Positions 1-12,663 of a stretch of DNA of 64,000 nt are shown one piece after another. Position numbers and translations under genes: made by a program. Below the pieces are notes generated by a model. That model saw only the letters and a program-made list of their open reading frames with translations, was not told where the DNA came from and did not search any database. This DNA comes from Zootoca vivipara. Its lineage: Eukaryota. The DNA lies in NCBI RefSeq assembly GCF_963506605.1, contig NC_083288.1:3472001-3536000 (forward strand), given 5' to 3'. Position 1 is the stretch's first letter, and each line of letters opens with the position of its first letter.

Positions 1-3000
1 GTTGTGAACATCCCCATCTCTGAGTGGCACATGACTCCAGGGGTGCCTGCGCTTAGCCTGGGTTCCTTTTCCTTGGAATTACGGGGCATCCCTCCAGGGA
101 AGTGTGTAGAGGTTTCCCTTACTAGCTTACTTTTCACAAACCAAAAGACCCTTTTCTCTTTTTAACAAAAATATTTTTTATTCATTTTTTACAAAATGAT
201 TTTTTTACATTTCAGCATAAACCATAAGACCCGTATTTACCCTTTAAAAAAATATATATTTTTATTAAAAGAATTACAAGTATGAAGACAAAAATAATAT
301 ACAAAATGCTATCTACCGGTAGTATAGTGTTATCTACCCTTGAATGCTCCCTATTTTGCCTATCCTATTCTATACATCAATTTTAACCTCTCTAACTAAT
401 AAAAGTCCCGCTTGCTGTTTAGAGTGCTGAAAGAGTCAATAGAAAGTGTCCAATCCTCAAATTCACTATGTTGCAGATGTCGTCTTCCCGGCGGCTCCTT
501 TCCCGGCTGATGACATTCTTCCAGGGGTCTTCTTTTCTCCGGACGTCTTCTCCCAGGTTCCAGCAGATAGGCCGCCGTTCATGCAAGAAAGAGAGAAAAG
601 AGATTCTGTTAGAAAAGGTACTAAATCTCAGGAATGTTAGACCCTCTTGTTGCCCACCCCAAACAAAGAAATGGAAGAAAGTTGCTGCTGGGGGATTGCC
701 ACTCAAGAGGATGGCAGAGAGCAAGGAACCGGACCCTGGGCATACACCAGCGACCGGGGGAGCTCCATAAAGCCACAACAACAACAAAAGGTTTCTTACC
801 GCTATGTATGGAGGGTCGTGAGGGCAGCACCACTCCTCTTGGTCGATCCTGATGGCCTTGATGTTCCTGGCGCTGGTCCAGAGTGGATCCCACGGAGAGC
901 AGAAGATGGTATCTCTGCAGCACAACGCTGATGTTCACGTTGCCTTGGCCTGGCGCAACTTCGGACGTTCTGTCACGAGGAGAAAGGGTTTTTGGGGGGA
1001 AACGTCACCTCCAAGGAGCCCACCAGACGTCCAAATACCCAACCAGATGCCTCACTCACCTGGCATGCAGCTCAGGAAGTCCTGCGGGTAAGGTTCCCTG
1101 TGAACACAGCGGAGCAGCCTCCTCACAAGGCGCTGGACCCTGCCTTTCTGCCGATGTTTACAGGCCCGCTGCATGATGTTCAGGCAGCTCCTCCCTGTCC
1201 GCCTGAGCCCTTCTTCCTCGTGCTGCTGCATCTCTTCCAGCCCTGAGTGGCAAGGGAGAAAGGTTGAGCCAGGAATCAGCTTTTCACAAGGCAAAAACTT
1301 GCAAAGCACCCCCACCAGAGCTCCTCCCAGGACCAGGGTGTGGGCTAGGGGGATATTTGTGTGTGAGAGAGAGCAGTGGAGTCACATTCCAATCCTCTTG
1401 GCATGTTCATCTTGTGGCACCTCTGTCTGCACACACACCTGGGAAGCCGCCTTCCCCTAAAGCCCTTTCTCAGAAGAAGCACCCCTCCCTGCCCTCCGTA
1501 AGTCTCACTTACATGTACCATAGGATGCCATGTCTTGATTTTGGATGAAACTGGCATCCCGGAAAGCCAGATGACCTAGAGAGACAGGGCAAGAAAAGGG
1601 ACGTCATCTCGGTGCAAAGCAAGCGGAGACAGAGGCAGCTCGGCAGGAGGACAGGTATGCGTCTAGAGGCCTCCACCCTCGCGGAGCACTCAGAGCAAGG
1701 TGGCCTGGGGACATGCCCATCCTCACTGCCATCGTTACCCAGACGTTACCAGGGAAGGACGTTGCTTGACTTACCCAGAAGCAGAGCTGCCACCCTGGAG
1801 ACTGCTGGCAGCCTGTTGGCAGGCGGCTTCGTACATGTCAAGGCAGCACTCCGAAGGATGTTCTTGCTGAAGGTCTTGCTCTGTCGGCAAAGGCAAAGGA
1901 GAAGTGGCATCAGAGAGGCTTGAGAGCACGGCAGGAGAGCCTGTCACCCCCAAAGACATCCCTGGGCAAAGCTGCCAACAAAGCAGAGTGACCTTACCAG
2001 ATGCTTGGCAGCCTGGTGGAGAGCAAAGTGGAGGCTAAATTTCTCGGGATGCGCCCACCACTTGACTTGTGGGGCTAGATGGGAAAGAGCCCTCCTTGCG
2101 GCCTGCAACACAAGAAGAGAAGAGGGTTACAAATTGCAGGACATAGTCTTGGAAGCTCCTGAGAACAATGACTCCCTCCTACTGCAGAAGTCCACCTCCT
2201 TGGCCCTCACCTTGGCCACCTCGTCCTCGTCTTCGAGGTGAATGAGGACGGCGACCAGTTCATTAACGGCTGCTTCTTCTGTTGTTGTTATGGGAAGCCC
2301 TTGGTCTCTCACCCAGCCCCGAAGCAGCCCCAGATGTTGGATGGCTGATGCCCGGGCAGAGGCTTCCTCCTGTAGGCAGAAAAGATCAGAGGTTGTGTTT
2401 CTCATCAGATCCGTTTCCTTTCTCCTGTCCACCGAGGTGTTTTGAGGCTGCTGAGCCCCCTATCCTCCTCCTGAGGGAGACTGGGGGCAGGGGTGACTCT
2501 CCCCCTGTGTTTTCCAGGCAGGCTTCCAAGAGAAGGTGCTCCAGAGGAACACCCTCCTGAAGCCAGAAGATCTCCGCTGCATGCCAGTCTAAACACCAGC
2601 CTTCCTCTTCCAAAGCATTCCTATCCACCCTGTGTGATGTCATGTGTTCCCTAACACTCACATGGGCAGCCAGACCGCAGTAGGTTGCCACCAGCATCTT
2701 CAGGTCTTCCTCTCCCAGCTCCCTGGACAGGTAGGCTTGGTCTACCAGCTCTATCAACTCTGGGAAGACATCAGCTTCTGCATCAGGGAGGAAATCCAGC
2801 AGCGACAGCCGCAGAAGCAAAGGGTCCTACACAAAAGAGAGAATATTTTCAAAGGTCTGAAAGGCCCCACGCTTTTTCTTTGAGAACAGGCCCTTCAGCA
2901 TTCGGTCAGCAAAAGAGTGCTGGGCCATGATTAGAATCCAGATCTGTGCCCCCCTCCCTCCCTGTGAGCATCACTTGCCATGTCAGAGTCCAGAAGCAGG

Positions 3001-6000
3001 GATATCCCTCTGACGCTGAGCTTCCGGACTTGCAGGTGGTCATGTTTCAGCCAGGTGAGGAGCTGCTCCAGTGTCTCCTCACAGGGATAGACCTGCAGAC
3101 GGCAGCTGAGCAGCTAAAGAGGCCCAAAGAGAAAGAAAGTCTTCAGTGATGAGAGGCTGAGGCAGGCTCTCCTTTTATCCACCACCTGCAGTTCTGCACA
3201 CAGCAAAGCCACTGGAGTGAATGGACCAAAGTTTGTCATGTACATCAAATCCAATGGGTCTACTCTGAGGAGCACTAAAACAGGCAACAGCCCTTAGGCT
3301 CAAAGGAGCCTTGACATAAACCACAGAATATGGAAGTTAAAGGCAGCTGTAAGGTCCAAATTCTGATGGAGGCTGGTTGGAGAACCAAGGACACAAAAGG
3401 AGCCGAAGAACACAAAGCCCAACCCTGGGCAGAAACCAAGCCAGGGCCTCCTTGCTGCACCCATTTCCTCCCGCGTCAGCCCCCCTCACCTCGATGTAGA
3501 TAGCTGCCGCTACTTGTGGCATTCCGGCAAACTCCTGGTCCTCGAGAGCAGCGGTGATGTTTTCCACCATGGGAGGGATCCACCAGTGTCGCTTTCCGAC
3601 AGCTCTGAAATGGAGAACCAGATCTGGGTAAGGAAGGGAAAGGCACCGCAAGAAGCCAACAGGGGCACAATCCGATCCCGTGACTTGACCTCCGTTTGCC
3701 AGACCATTGGGGAAGGTCATCGTGTTCTTCCTCTTACCTCACCATGGCAGACAACCCCTGGCTGAAATTCTCCCGGCAGAAAAGTTGGTCGATGATGGCC
3801 GCCTCTACTTGCTCTCCGGTGGTGCCGAGAAGGAGGTGCAGAACTTCCTTAGCCCCTCTGTAACCAAAGCAAGGCCAGTTTTAGCAGGCGGGTCATTGCC
3901 ACCCACTCCAATTCCTTCCCCATCCTTGCTCCCTAGCAGCAGCCTGAAGGAGAGCCTCCCTTGGAAAACCAAGCTGGACTGGCAACCCCCCGAGGTTGAA
4001 GGGAAAAGGACTCCATTGGCGTCTTTGCAACACACTACTCACCCAAGGAATTCCTGGTCGTAGTGGAAGTTGACTACCATCCCCAGGAGAGCGATCAGCA
4101 GCTGCGGGAAGTTCCGGCGCACAGCTGCCTTGTATACCTCCATCCTGAGGATGGCGTGCAACAGGCTGCTGAGATGTTGCTGGAAGAGAGAGAGGGGCAA
4201 GTCACTTTCCCTGCTTTTCTGCAGAATCCAGAAACCCCTGGATATTCCCCTGGGAAGAAGGAAGCCAGAAACCAGGTGGGTCGTCCTTACCACTTGGGTG
4301 GCAGATTCCGCCAAGGGGCTTTGGTAAAGCTGCTCGGCCATGAGATGGAGCAGTTGTTCTTGGTCGGCCGATGCCAAAACCTCCTTCCATACTCTTTCGC
4401 AGTCTCTGTGAATGCAAAAACAAGAGCAATGGTCAGATTTAAGTCTTCTGCTTGCTGCCATGCCACACAGAGAGGAAATGGCAGCAAGGGCTTTCTGAGC
4501 AAGCCCTGCACCTATTAGCCCAGTAGAACCTGCCAGGAGGGCTCCATACCTGAAGGGAAACTGGAGGAGGTATGCAACCACTTTCGCCAGGTGTTGGTGT
4601 GGCATGATGGACAAAGCAAAGGCGGCCATGTTTCTGCCCTGCACTGTAGGCCCCTGGGTGATCTTATAGAAGGCCTCCAGCAGCACCTCCACCTGTCAGA
4701 GAAAAGGAGAGGGTTGCTGGGAGAGTACAAGGAAGCGGGGCTGTCTGCAGGAGGATCCCTCCATCCCTCATAGAAAGAGGGCCCCCCCTTGACCTGTGCC
4801 ACCACAGCCATCTTCCTTCGAAGGTACCACTCAGGGTCCTTGGGAGTTTTGGACCCAGGCAGCTCCAGGGCGCCAGTTGCCCCCCCTATCCATTCTTGGC
4901 CAAGAGAAGAAGCTTGCCAGTCTGCTCCCAGGAGCAGGACGAGGATTCCCCATTGCTGGACCCATGTTTCTCAGGACCCTTGGCTGAGGTTCCTGTCCTG
5001 ACATTGCCAGGCCTCTCTAAACAAACATGTGTCCTGGCCACCCAATGGCATGAGGTTGCCTCCCCTACAGCAAAGTGGAGAATCTTCTTCTCTCCTACCT
5101 TTGCAGACACCTTACCTCCACTTTTGTGCCGCTAAACTGCTTGATGAACTCTTGCAGCAAGTGGGAGATGTCCAAGGGGTTGAAGCTGCTCTCGACAACC
5201 AGATCGCTGGCCAGGAAGCACATGGCCTCCAAGAGCTGCTCCTCAGGAAGATAGGCACCAAAGACCTGAAGCAAGAGAGGAAGGTCAGAGAGGCCCACAG
5301 GTCAGGGCTGGGGAGCAGAAAGCCCAGGTGCTGTCTCTGCGGAACCCAGAGCATGTGGCTTGAGAGACCACTGTGCCTTGTATGACAGCGACTTACCCTG
5401 GCAAGAGAGTAACAATTATTCAGGAACAATTCAGGAACCGCTCCTCCGGTGGATTGGAGGACCTTCTGAGCTCGGATGAGGAGTGTTTGGTTCCACGACG
5501 TTCGTGCCAGCGTCTCTGCAAAGGAAAGCCAAAGGGTTAGTTCGGGCCTTGCTCACCCCACCCCATGATGCTGGAATGCACTCCTTCCAGTCTTACCTTC
5601 TTTGCGCTGTAGGATGGGCAGAAGATGGCAAAGGGCCTCTGCTGCCCGCTGCCTGCACTCCGGGTCTGGATCCAATGCACACAGACAGGAAATGGCCACC
5701 AGTTGGCCAAGGGAGGATGCAGGAAGCGCTACCGATGGCTGAGAAGAGACCCAGAGAAGTGATTGATAAGAGAAGAGACCCATCACCATTTTCCCTATAA
5801 CATTCTTATTAAATCTTCAAAGCATTCCAAAACATTTATTATCCTATACAGAAAAAAACAAACCATTTCTTTTGACTTCCCACCCCTCTTTTCCTGGTGT
5901 GTGCTTTTTACTCACTAGGATTTGCTCTGCTATGGCCCAGCTCTGTTCTCAAAATGGGTTATGTGCTGGGATGCCCGATTGTCCCTTGGGCACCTTGCAG

Positions 6001-9000
6001 GGTGGGCCTAGAAGGGGCAGCCTGAAGGCCTTGTCAGCCCTGCATGGTTGCAATGCTTCCCTTCAGTAACTCACATATTCCTGGATCTTCTGCAGGAGGG
6101 CGGAAAGATCTTGGAGCGCCTTCCTTCGGATCTTCCCACTCTTCATCCTGGTGACGACATCCATTATTCTAGCCTTCAGCTGGTCCTTTCTGAAGCCGTC
6201 GGGAGGAGGATCAGCCGCACCCAGAGAACCTGTGGTTGAGATGCTGAGGGGAGAGAGGAGGAGCACATTTGTAAAAAGGTTTTATTGCCTTCCATCCTTC
6301 AAAGACCCCAAGCACCAGCACCATAGAAATGGACCCGGGGGGGGGGGAGTGGTTCACATAGGATTACCTTGCAAAAAGATCCTCCTCATCTTCCAGGCTG
6401 ATTACCGATATTTGATCCTCGTCGAAATCAATTCCCTGTCCATGAGATAAGAGAAACAGGAACATCAGAATGTGAAGAATGGATCAGACCCATTCATGAT
6501 CAGGAAAGCACAGACGAGGTAGGTTGGGAAACAAACTGAAAATCTCTGTCCTCCATTTCCTTAGAGACCTTATTCATCCATCCATCCATCCATCCATTTA
6601 GAGCATTTGTACCCTTCTCTTAAGCCAAAAAGGCTCCAAGAGAGCCTTCCATGAAATCAAATGCAAGAAACTCCCTAATGGCAGACTTCTCTTGTAATTA
6701 ACAGTGTGACAAACAGAAATAAAACCCACAAGGAAAGGGGGCAAGGAGGGCAGAGGAAAAGACAACTCCCAAGCTCAGACCCCAGTGTCTAGAATGCTGA
6801 TCCAATGGCTGCCTCCAGATGACAGTTGGGGGAGAGGAGCCCTGAGGGAGCTGGCCTGTCTCAGCAGAGGCCATGGCGCTGTTTCCCATCCGCCAGGCCT
6901 CCTGTCTCTCTCTCCCTCGCCTGCACCTGGGAGCAGCCCTTCCCTGCCATGGACTCTGTGGACAGGTGGGCAGCAGGTCTCCCTGCCTCAGCTCTGCAGA
7001 AAAACCAGCTCCATCTGGCACCCCCTTCCCCTCCACTGGGCCAGCCGCTCCCTCTCTCTTTTCTTCTTCTACTTCTTCTTCATTTTCCCCCTTTCCCTGC
7101 AAACTCTAGTACAAGGAGAACATCCAGCATGTAGAAATAGAAAGGAAGCCTCTCCCACATTCACATGCACATAAATCAGAAGGAATCCTCTGTTCAAAAT
7201 AAGATTCAACCGACTGCAATATAGGACGCTGAATTTCCCTTTTTGGCATTCCTTCTCCCCTTCCAAAGCTCAACCCTTTCTTTGACTTGGTATAGCTCTT
7301 TGCCAAACTTGGAGATACCATTAATCTAGGTTCCAGAGTTAAGTCCCCTGGCCATGGCAACCTCCGCTTACCTCCAGGTTTCTTTGGGACGCCATCTTCT
7401 AATGTAGTGACTGAGCGAAGGTCACTACAGGCCACCTCTGCCAACCTCGAGATGCTGAGGATGCAGGAAGCTCTGTTCAAACGGTCACAAGTTCCGTTGC
7501 TAGGCAACGTCAGTTGAGAATGTGGAATTCCCGGCCTCAGGGCCAAGGTTCTAGGAGAGTCCGTGTGGCCTAGTGGCTAGAGCCATGCAACGCGAGGGTG
7601 ATATTTATACGAGTTTAATACTTTTTCCTGTTCTTTGTATCCTGCTTTGCAGACTCTGGTTGTCTCCCAAAGCAGCTGGCATCGATTTCAAAGAAGGGGG
7701 GGAGACAAGTCCTGTCCTCAGGTTAGGAAAGTCCAAAGACAAGACACCCAATGGAAGGGATGCGGGGGAACAAGGCAGAGGAAGAGCCCCTTTCCCTTGG
7801 CCCAAGGAGAGGCCTGAGATGTCCCCAGGCAAGTCCTGTCCTGTCCTGTCCTGCTGGGGCCACGCTGCCCTTCCCCACCCCCAGCTCTTCTGGGACAGAG
7901 ACGCAGCAACTGACCCTGTAGGCCTTCATGCCCAACACCAGGGGGGCTGTGGGGCTCAAGCCCCTCTCCGATTCCCCTGGGGGGCTTATCTGGCCCCACA
8001 GGCAGCAGCAGCAGGCAGTGCCTGGCAAAGGCTCCCCACCTGCTGAATTTCTGCCTGCCAGAAGAATCACAAGTGTGGAAACCCATCTAAAAGAGAAGGA
8101 AGAGAGAACAAGAAATTCTGCTTCTCTGAGAGCTCCCATATCAGAAATGGATGGTGCTTTAATGCCCAGGGAATGGCAGGTGGTGGTGGTGATTTCTTAA
8201 ATCTGTATGCCACCCTTTCTGACAGCCATTTCAGGGACAGAAGGCCTCCTTTGCAGCCTCCCCGCCATCCATTCTAGAGGTGGGAAGGAGCCCAGAGACC
8301 CTTGAGACCCCCTGGGCAGCGAGAGGCCGAGGGAGACGGAGCTTTGCAAGCAGAGGCTGCTGCTCCAGGAAAGGTCTGGCTGCTATTCTGGGAGCCATTG
8401 GCAGCAGCAGCAGCAGCAGCTCCGCCCACCCCAGAAGAACCAGCTGGCTATTGGCTAGCCTGGAGCGTCCATCAGCCAGCTAGGGAGGGCGGACTCTTCT
8501 GGCGAGGTGCATAGCCAGGTAGGCTGCGCAAGACATGCAGGTTAGGGTGAGGGGGAAACTTGGACATTTGATTTCTATGGACTTCAAGAACATTCCCAAA
8601 GGCGTCCCAAAGGGAGCAGGGGACTCTGTGTGCCCAAAAGGGAACCGATCCGTCTTTGGAAGGCCAGGTAGCCACCCCAGCTGGGGCTTTGCTTCTGGAT
8701 GAGGCCCTTCTGGCTTCCAGGACTGTCCTGAGGGTCAGGGAGCCTCTGTCCAGCCAGGCCTTGGGCAGCCCCTGATTCCCAAGGAGGACCTCCGGGCTCC
8801 CTGGCCCTTCTGGTTCTCCCTCCTCGGCCACCTGGGCCTTGGGACCTCGGCTGGAGACACCCAGGACTTGGCAGAGCCTCCCTCCGTCTCTGCATAGACT
8901 CTCCAAGAGTCCCCCTTTCCCAGGGACTGTCCAGGATTTACAGAAGCCGTCTCGGATCCTGATTTCCTCATTTTCTTACCTCCACTGATGAGAGTCATGG

Positions 9001-9090
9001 TTTGGATGGGGGTCTTTTATCCGTTTTCGCAGTCACACAATCCATCAATCAGTAGCTGAACTGGGATCCACACAGTCAAAAAAACAAATG
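1..9090 (+). repeat. Segmental/tandem duplication, copy 1 (continues left of the window)
   Basis: Position 1 (gttgtgaacatcccc) recurs at 12815 and the ORF track is duplicated (419 to 13233, etc.). Homology ends near cacagtcaaaaaaacaaatg. Confidence 0.97.
935..8998 (-). CDS. Maestro HEAT-like repeat (MROH-family)-like gene, copy 1. In-frame exon chain: 5597-5738, 5397-5515, 5116-5265, 4550-4692, 4291-4405, 4043-4179, 3738-3857, 3490-3604, 2979-3113, 2662-2826, 2211-2369, 1998-2102, 1775-1880, 1513-1575, 1060-1242, 935-969 (stop TGA). Probable further exon 6075-6229; candidate 5' exons up to ATG 8998 are uncertain
   Basis: Sixteen consecutive exons have AG/GT boundaries (one GC donor) and matching phases, giving 1992 nt with no internal stop. 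The peptides resemble MROH HEAT repeats: LGQLVAISCLCALDPDPECRQRAAEALCHLL, WLKHDHLQVRKLSVRGI, RASAIQHLGLL..ELVAVLIHLEDEDEVAK|AARRAL, LEEMQQHEEEGLRRTGRSCLNIM. Minus-strand AATAAA near 177-182 and 261-267. Confidence 0.8.
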
Positions 9091-9289
9091 AACTGAAAAA
9101 TCCTCAAAACCCAAACCGCAAAATAAATAACAAAAAAAAGCACTAAATGTAAGCTCCAAATATCACCTCGGAACACTGCAATCGGAAACGGAAGGCTTGA
9201 ATTACAATGGGGGGAGGGGGGCACACATGAGCAGCGCAACAGGAAACACAGGGGGACTCAAAACGGAGCATGTTCGTCTTCCGATAAAA

Positions 9290-9385
9290 GTTTGAAACAA
9301 CCGGAACACCTACTTCCAGTTTCTCAGCATTCGGGTTTCAAGTTGTTTATGAACTAAGCTGTTTGATAACCGAGGTACCACTGTA
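9290..9385. mobile_element. Right half of a Tc1/mariner (Tigger/pogo-type) MITE
   Basis: Ends in ccgaggtaccactg+TA, the same terminus as complete MITEs elsewhere in the window. Confidence 0.6.
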
Positions 9386-10785
9386 TCGAAAAACTCCCCA
9401 TAATGGGCCCACCTTCTCCTACCACCTGGAACTAAGGACCTGGGTTTCCAAAGGACTTCAGGTCTGGTTTTCACTTCTGCTCCTTTCCTTTTTTTCTTCT
9501 TGAAAACGGCATCTTCAGGTATTCCAGTTGCTGATTGTGGTCCGACCTTGTCTTTTCTCCCCACCTTTAGCACACATATTCTCAGCAGAGGAACCAGCTT
9601 CACGAGTCAGGGTTAGGAGCCGATTTATTGGAAAACTGACTAAGAGTTTGTTTTTAAACAAAGATCTCTGCTTGGAATGTAGTGATGAGCAGAGATGATG
9701 CTCTGAAAGTGAAGGATTGGTTTTTCCCCAGGGTGCATGTCAGCTATGTGTGCACCTTAAGATTTGTGTAACCCTCATACCAACTTCTGTTGCCCAGCGC
9801 CTGCAAGCCCCCTACTGTGACATCATAGAATGCTTGCAGTTTTTTTTCATAACCCCCACCCCCAAAACAACTGCTCATCAGGAGCAGAATTGAGCAGCTT
9901 CTCTGTTTCTCAGAAGAGGTAGCCCTGGGAGAGACAGGGGTTCAAATACCTCCTTACTCAGCTCTGAAGCTCACTGGCTGACCTGGGGCCAGGTTGTGGG
10001 GATTAAATGAGAAGGCGAGAACTGTGTATGCCATCTTGAGCTCCTTGGAGAAAATCCCAAGTGTGAAGAAGATTATTCAGCTTGCATTTCGTTGTGACTT
10101 TGTCCCTTGCCTCAAATTATTCCAAAACACAAGGAATGGGTTAAAATGCCAAGTAATCCCCTTTGAACTATCTCAAACTTTGAAGTCTCTATCCCAGAAA
10201 CTGGAAGCGGGAATGAACATTAACAAACTGATATCACCACGTTGAGAAGCATTGACATTGCTATGTATGTTTGATTAACATCGCCTGCATTGCAAAGGGG
10301 TTAGAATGGATGGCCTTTAGGGGTACCCTCCAGCTTAGCAGATCCATGATTTCATGATGCCAGGCAGATTCGATCAGAGAGCCAGTGACCTGGAGGATAG
10401 GTGTGAGAAGTTTTTTTAAAAAAAACCTGAAAGAGCCAGTTGGGATTCTAATGCTCTCTACATGAGAAGCAATAAAGAAAGGAGAATAAAATGATCAATT
10501 AAATCATTCCACTGTACCAGAACCTAAGATTGGAAGTGTGGATCCTATTGTTTGGACAGACTCAGGGGGTGGCTTCAACTGTTACAGTTACCCCTATCAG
10601 CATTGAGTTGGAATCTGGAGTGTTGCTAGACTGCTGGAGCCCTGCATTCTGAAGGTCTCAGTTCAGAACAGAAGCGGAACCACTTAAATTGACAGTTAGA
10701 GCTTGTGGACGGCTAAAAGAAGTGTTGATCCTCGTCCTTTCATTCTCCCAACTTAGAGGCGTTGAAACCAAGTTAAAAAAAGAGA

Positions 10786-12000
10786 AGCTATAAAGTCTCG
10801 AGGGAAAAGGCTCTGGTTTACCAGAAGCATGTGGCATTTTTAGGGCATATTCTGAAGCAAGGAACTTGTTTGCCACCTTTGACATGCCCAACCTGAGTTC
10901 TCAAAGGTGCTGAGAGCTTTCTTAGGACTTTGCTGGATTTGGCAAGAATTGGATACCAGAAAGAAGGGGAGAAGCAACACATTACAACACATTAACCCAA
11001 AAAGGTTCCTTGACTATATGGACTATAGAAATGAGAAACGCCTTTGAAGACATCCCTAGCTGAACCACCAGCGCCGGCATTGCCCAGTCCCTTTAAACCC
11101 TACAGACTGTATGTGAATGAAGTGAAGGCTGTGGGATCTGGGAGTGTTGGTACAGAGAGGAGAACCCCATTGGAGGACAGTGGAGAATCTCGATTCTGTG
11201 GCCCAATGATGGCCAGCATGCCTTTGAGCGGCAGCAGCAGCAGCAGCAAGAAGAGGAGGATTTGTCCTCCCTGTGCAGGAGGCTCAGAACATGACTTTGG
11301 GAGCTGTTGTGGGCGATTGTATTTTGCATGGAGCTTCTTCATCCTACTTGCCAGTTCAAGTGTGAGGTTTCCCTGCTGACTAACCCAAATCTGACTTTGA
11401 AAGGGTTAGCTCCTTGAACCCGGCTACCTTGTGTAAGTTCCTGTTTCGGATCCAGGAGAACCCCTTGATGGTCTCTTTGCTATGAATCAGCAAGTGATTA
11501 CCAGGACGTTCCCTTTTGAGATGAAGGAGAATGGGAAACAACGAATTGCATGAACATGCAATTGCCCTGCCCATTTTCTCCCCTATCTTTAAAGGTATCC
11601 GTTCCAGCCTGTGACCTGGTGTGATATAAGAAGTGGGAAAGAAGCCATAGGATCCGAAACCTGTGGTGGACATTGAACCTTCAAACTCTCTGGGGCTGGC
11701 TGCACCGGAAGCCACCGGTCCCACAGAGGAAGAAGTTGGACCGTGGACCTTATAATTTTTTGGTGGACCTGAAAATCCTATTCAGGAAACAACCAGTGGG
11801 AAGGAAATCCTCCTCCCAGGCCTCGGAAGAAACACGTTCTGCTCAAGGGCCAAGTGACTGTTTCAGGACAAATAAAGTGAATGTTGCAGGTGGTGAAGCA
11901 GGAAATTGAGAAGTGGTATGCAAAATTAAATATGCAGGAGGGTGTAGATAGTCTTGAAGAAAGGAAGCTCTTAAAAGGCTGGGGGGGCGGGGGGAGGATG
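10786..12000 (+). mobile_element. Degraded class-I (gamma/epsilon-like) ERV pol remnant with polypurine tract and probable 3' LTR start
   Basis: Collinear pol motifs across frameshifts: SYKVSREKALVYQKHVAFLGHILKQG (RT), LRAFLGL/AGFGKNWIPE (thumb), PPAPALPSPFKPYRLYVNE..G/VLVQ, LDSVAQ*WPACL*AAAA (connection), YPFQP/DLV*YKKW and DLKILFRKQ (integrase C-terminus). A G-rich PPT at about 11973-11998 is followed by TG at 11999. Confidence 0.8.
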
Positions 12001-12050
12001 TAACAAAAATCAGAAGTATGGTAGGCCCTTTTTCTGACCAGAGAAGTCAA

Positions 12051-12663
12051 TTGACAAGGTGCCCCATGATATTCTTGTAAAGAAGCTGGTAAAATGCGGG
12101 CTAGACAATGCTACCATTCAGTGGATTTGTAACGGGCTGACTGACCTCACCTGGAGTACTGTGTCCAGTTCTGGGCACCACAGTTCAAGAAGGATACTGA
12201 CAAGCTGGAACGTGTCCAGAGGAGGGCAACCAAAATGGTCAAATGCCTGGAAACAATGCCTTATGAGGAACGGCTTAGGGAGCTGGGTATGTTTAGCCTG
12301 GAGAAGAAAAAGGTTAAGGGGTGATATGATAGCCATGTTCAAATATATAAAAGGATGCCATACAGAGGAGGGTGAAAGGTTGTTTTCCGCTGCTCCAGAG
12401 AAGCGGACACGGAGCAATGGATTCAAACTACAAGAAAGAAGATTCCACCTAAACATTAGGAAGAACTTCCTGACAGTAAGAGCTGTTTGACAGTGGAATT
12501 TGCTGCCAAAAAGTGTGGTGGAGTCTCCTTCTTTGGAGGTCTTTAAGCAGAGGTTTGACAACCATATGTCAAGAATGCTTTGATGGTGTTTCCTGCTTGG
12601 CAGGGGGTTGGACTGGATGGCCCTTGTGGTCTCTTCCAACTCTATGATTCTATGATTCTATGA
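12051..12663 (+). mobile_element. CR1 LINE 3' fragment with internal deletion
   Basis: DKVPHDILVKKLVKCGLD joined to [12 protein letters not shown]...[12 protein letters not shown]...TRSNGFKLQERRFHLNIRKNFLTVRAV, ending in a (TTCTATGA)n tail. Confidence 0.93.
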
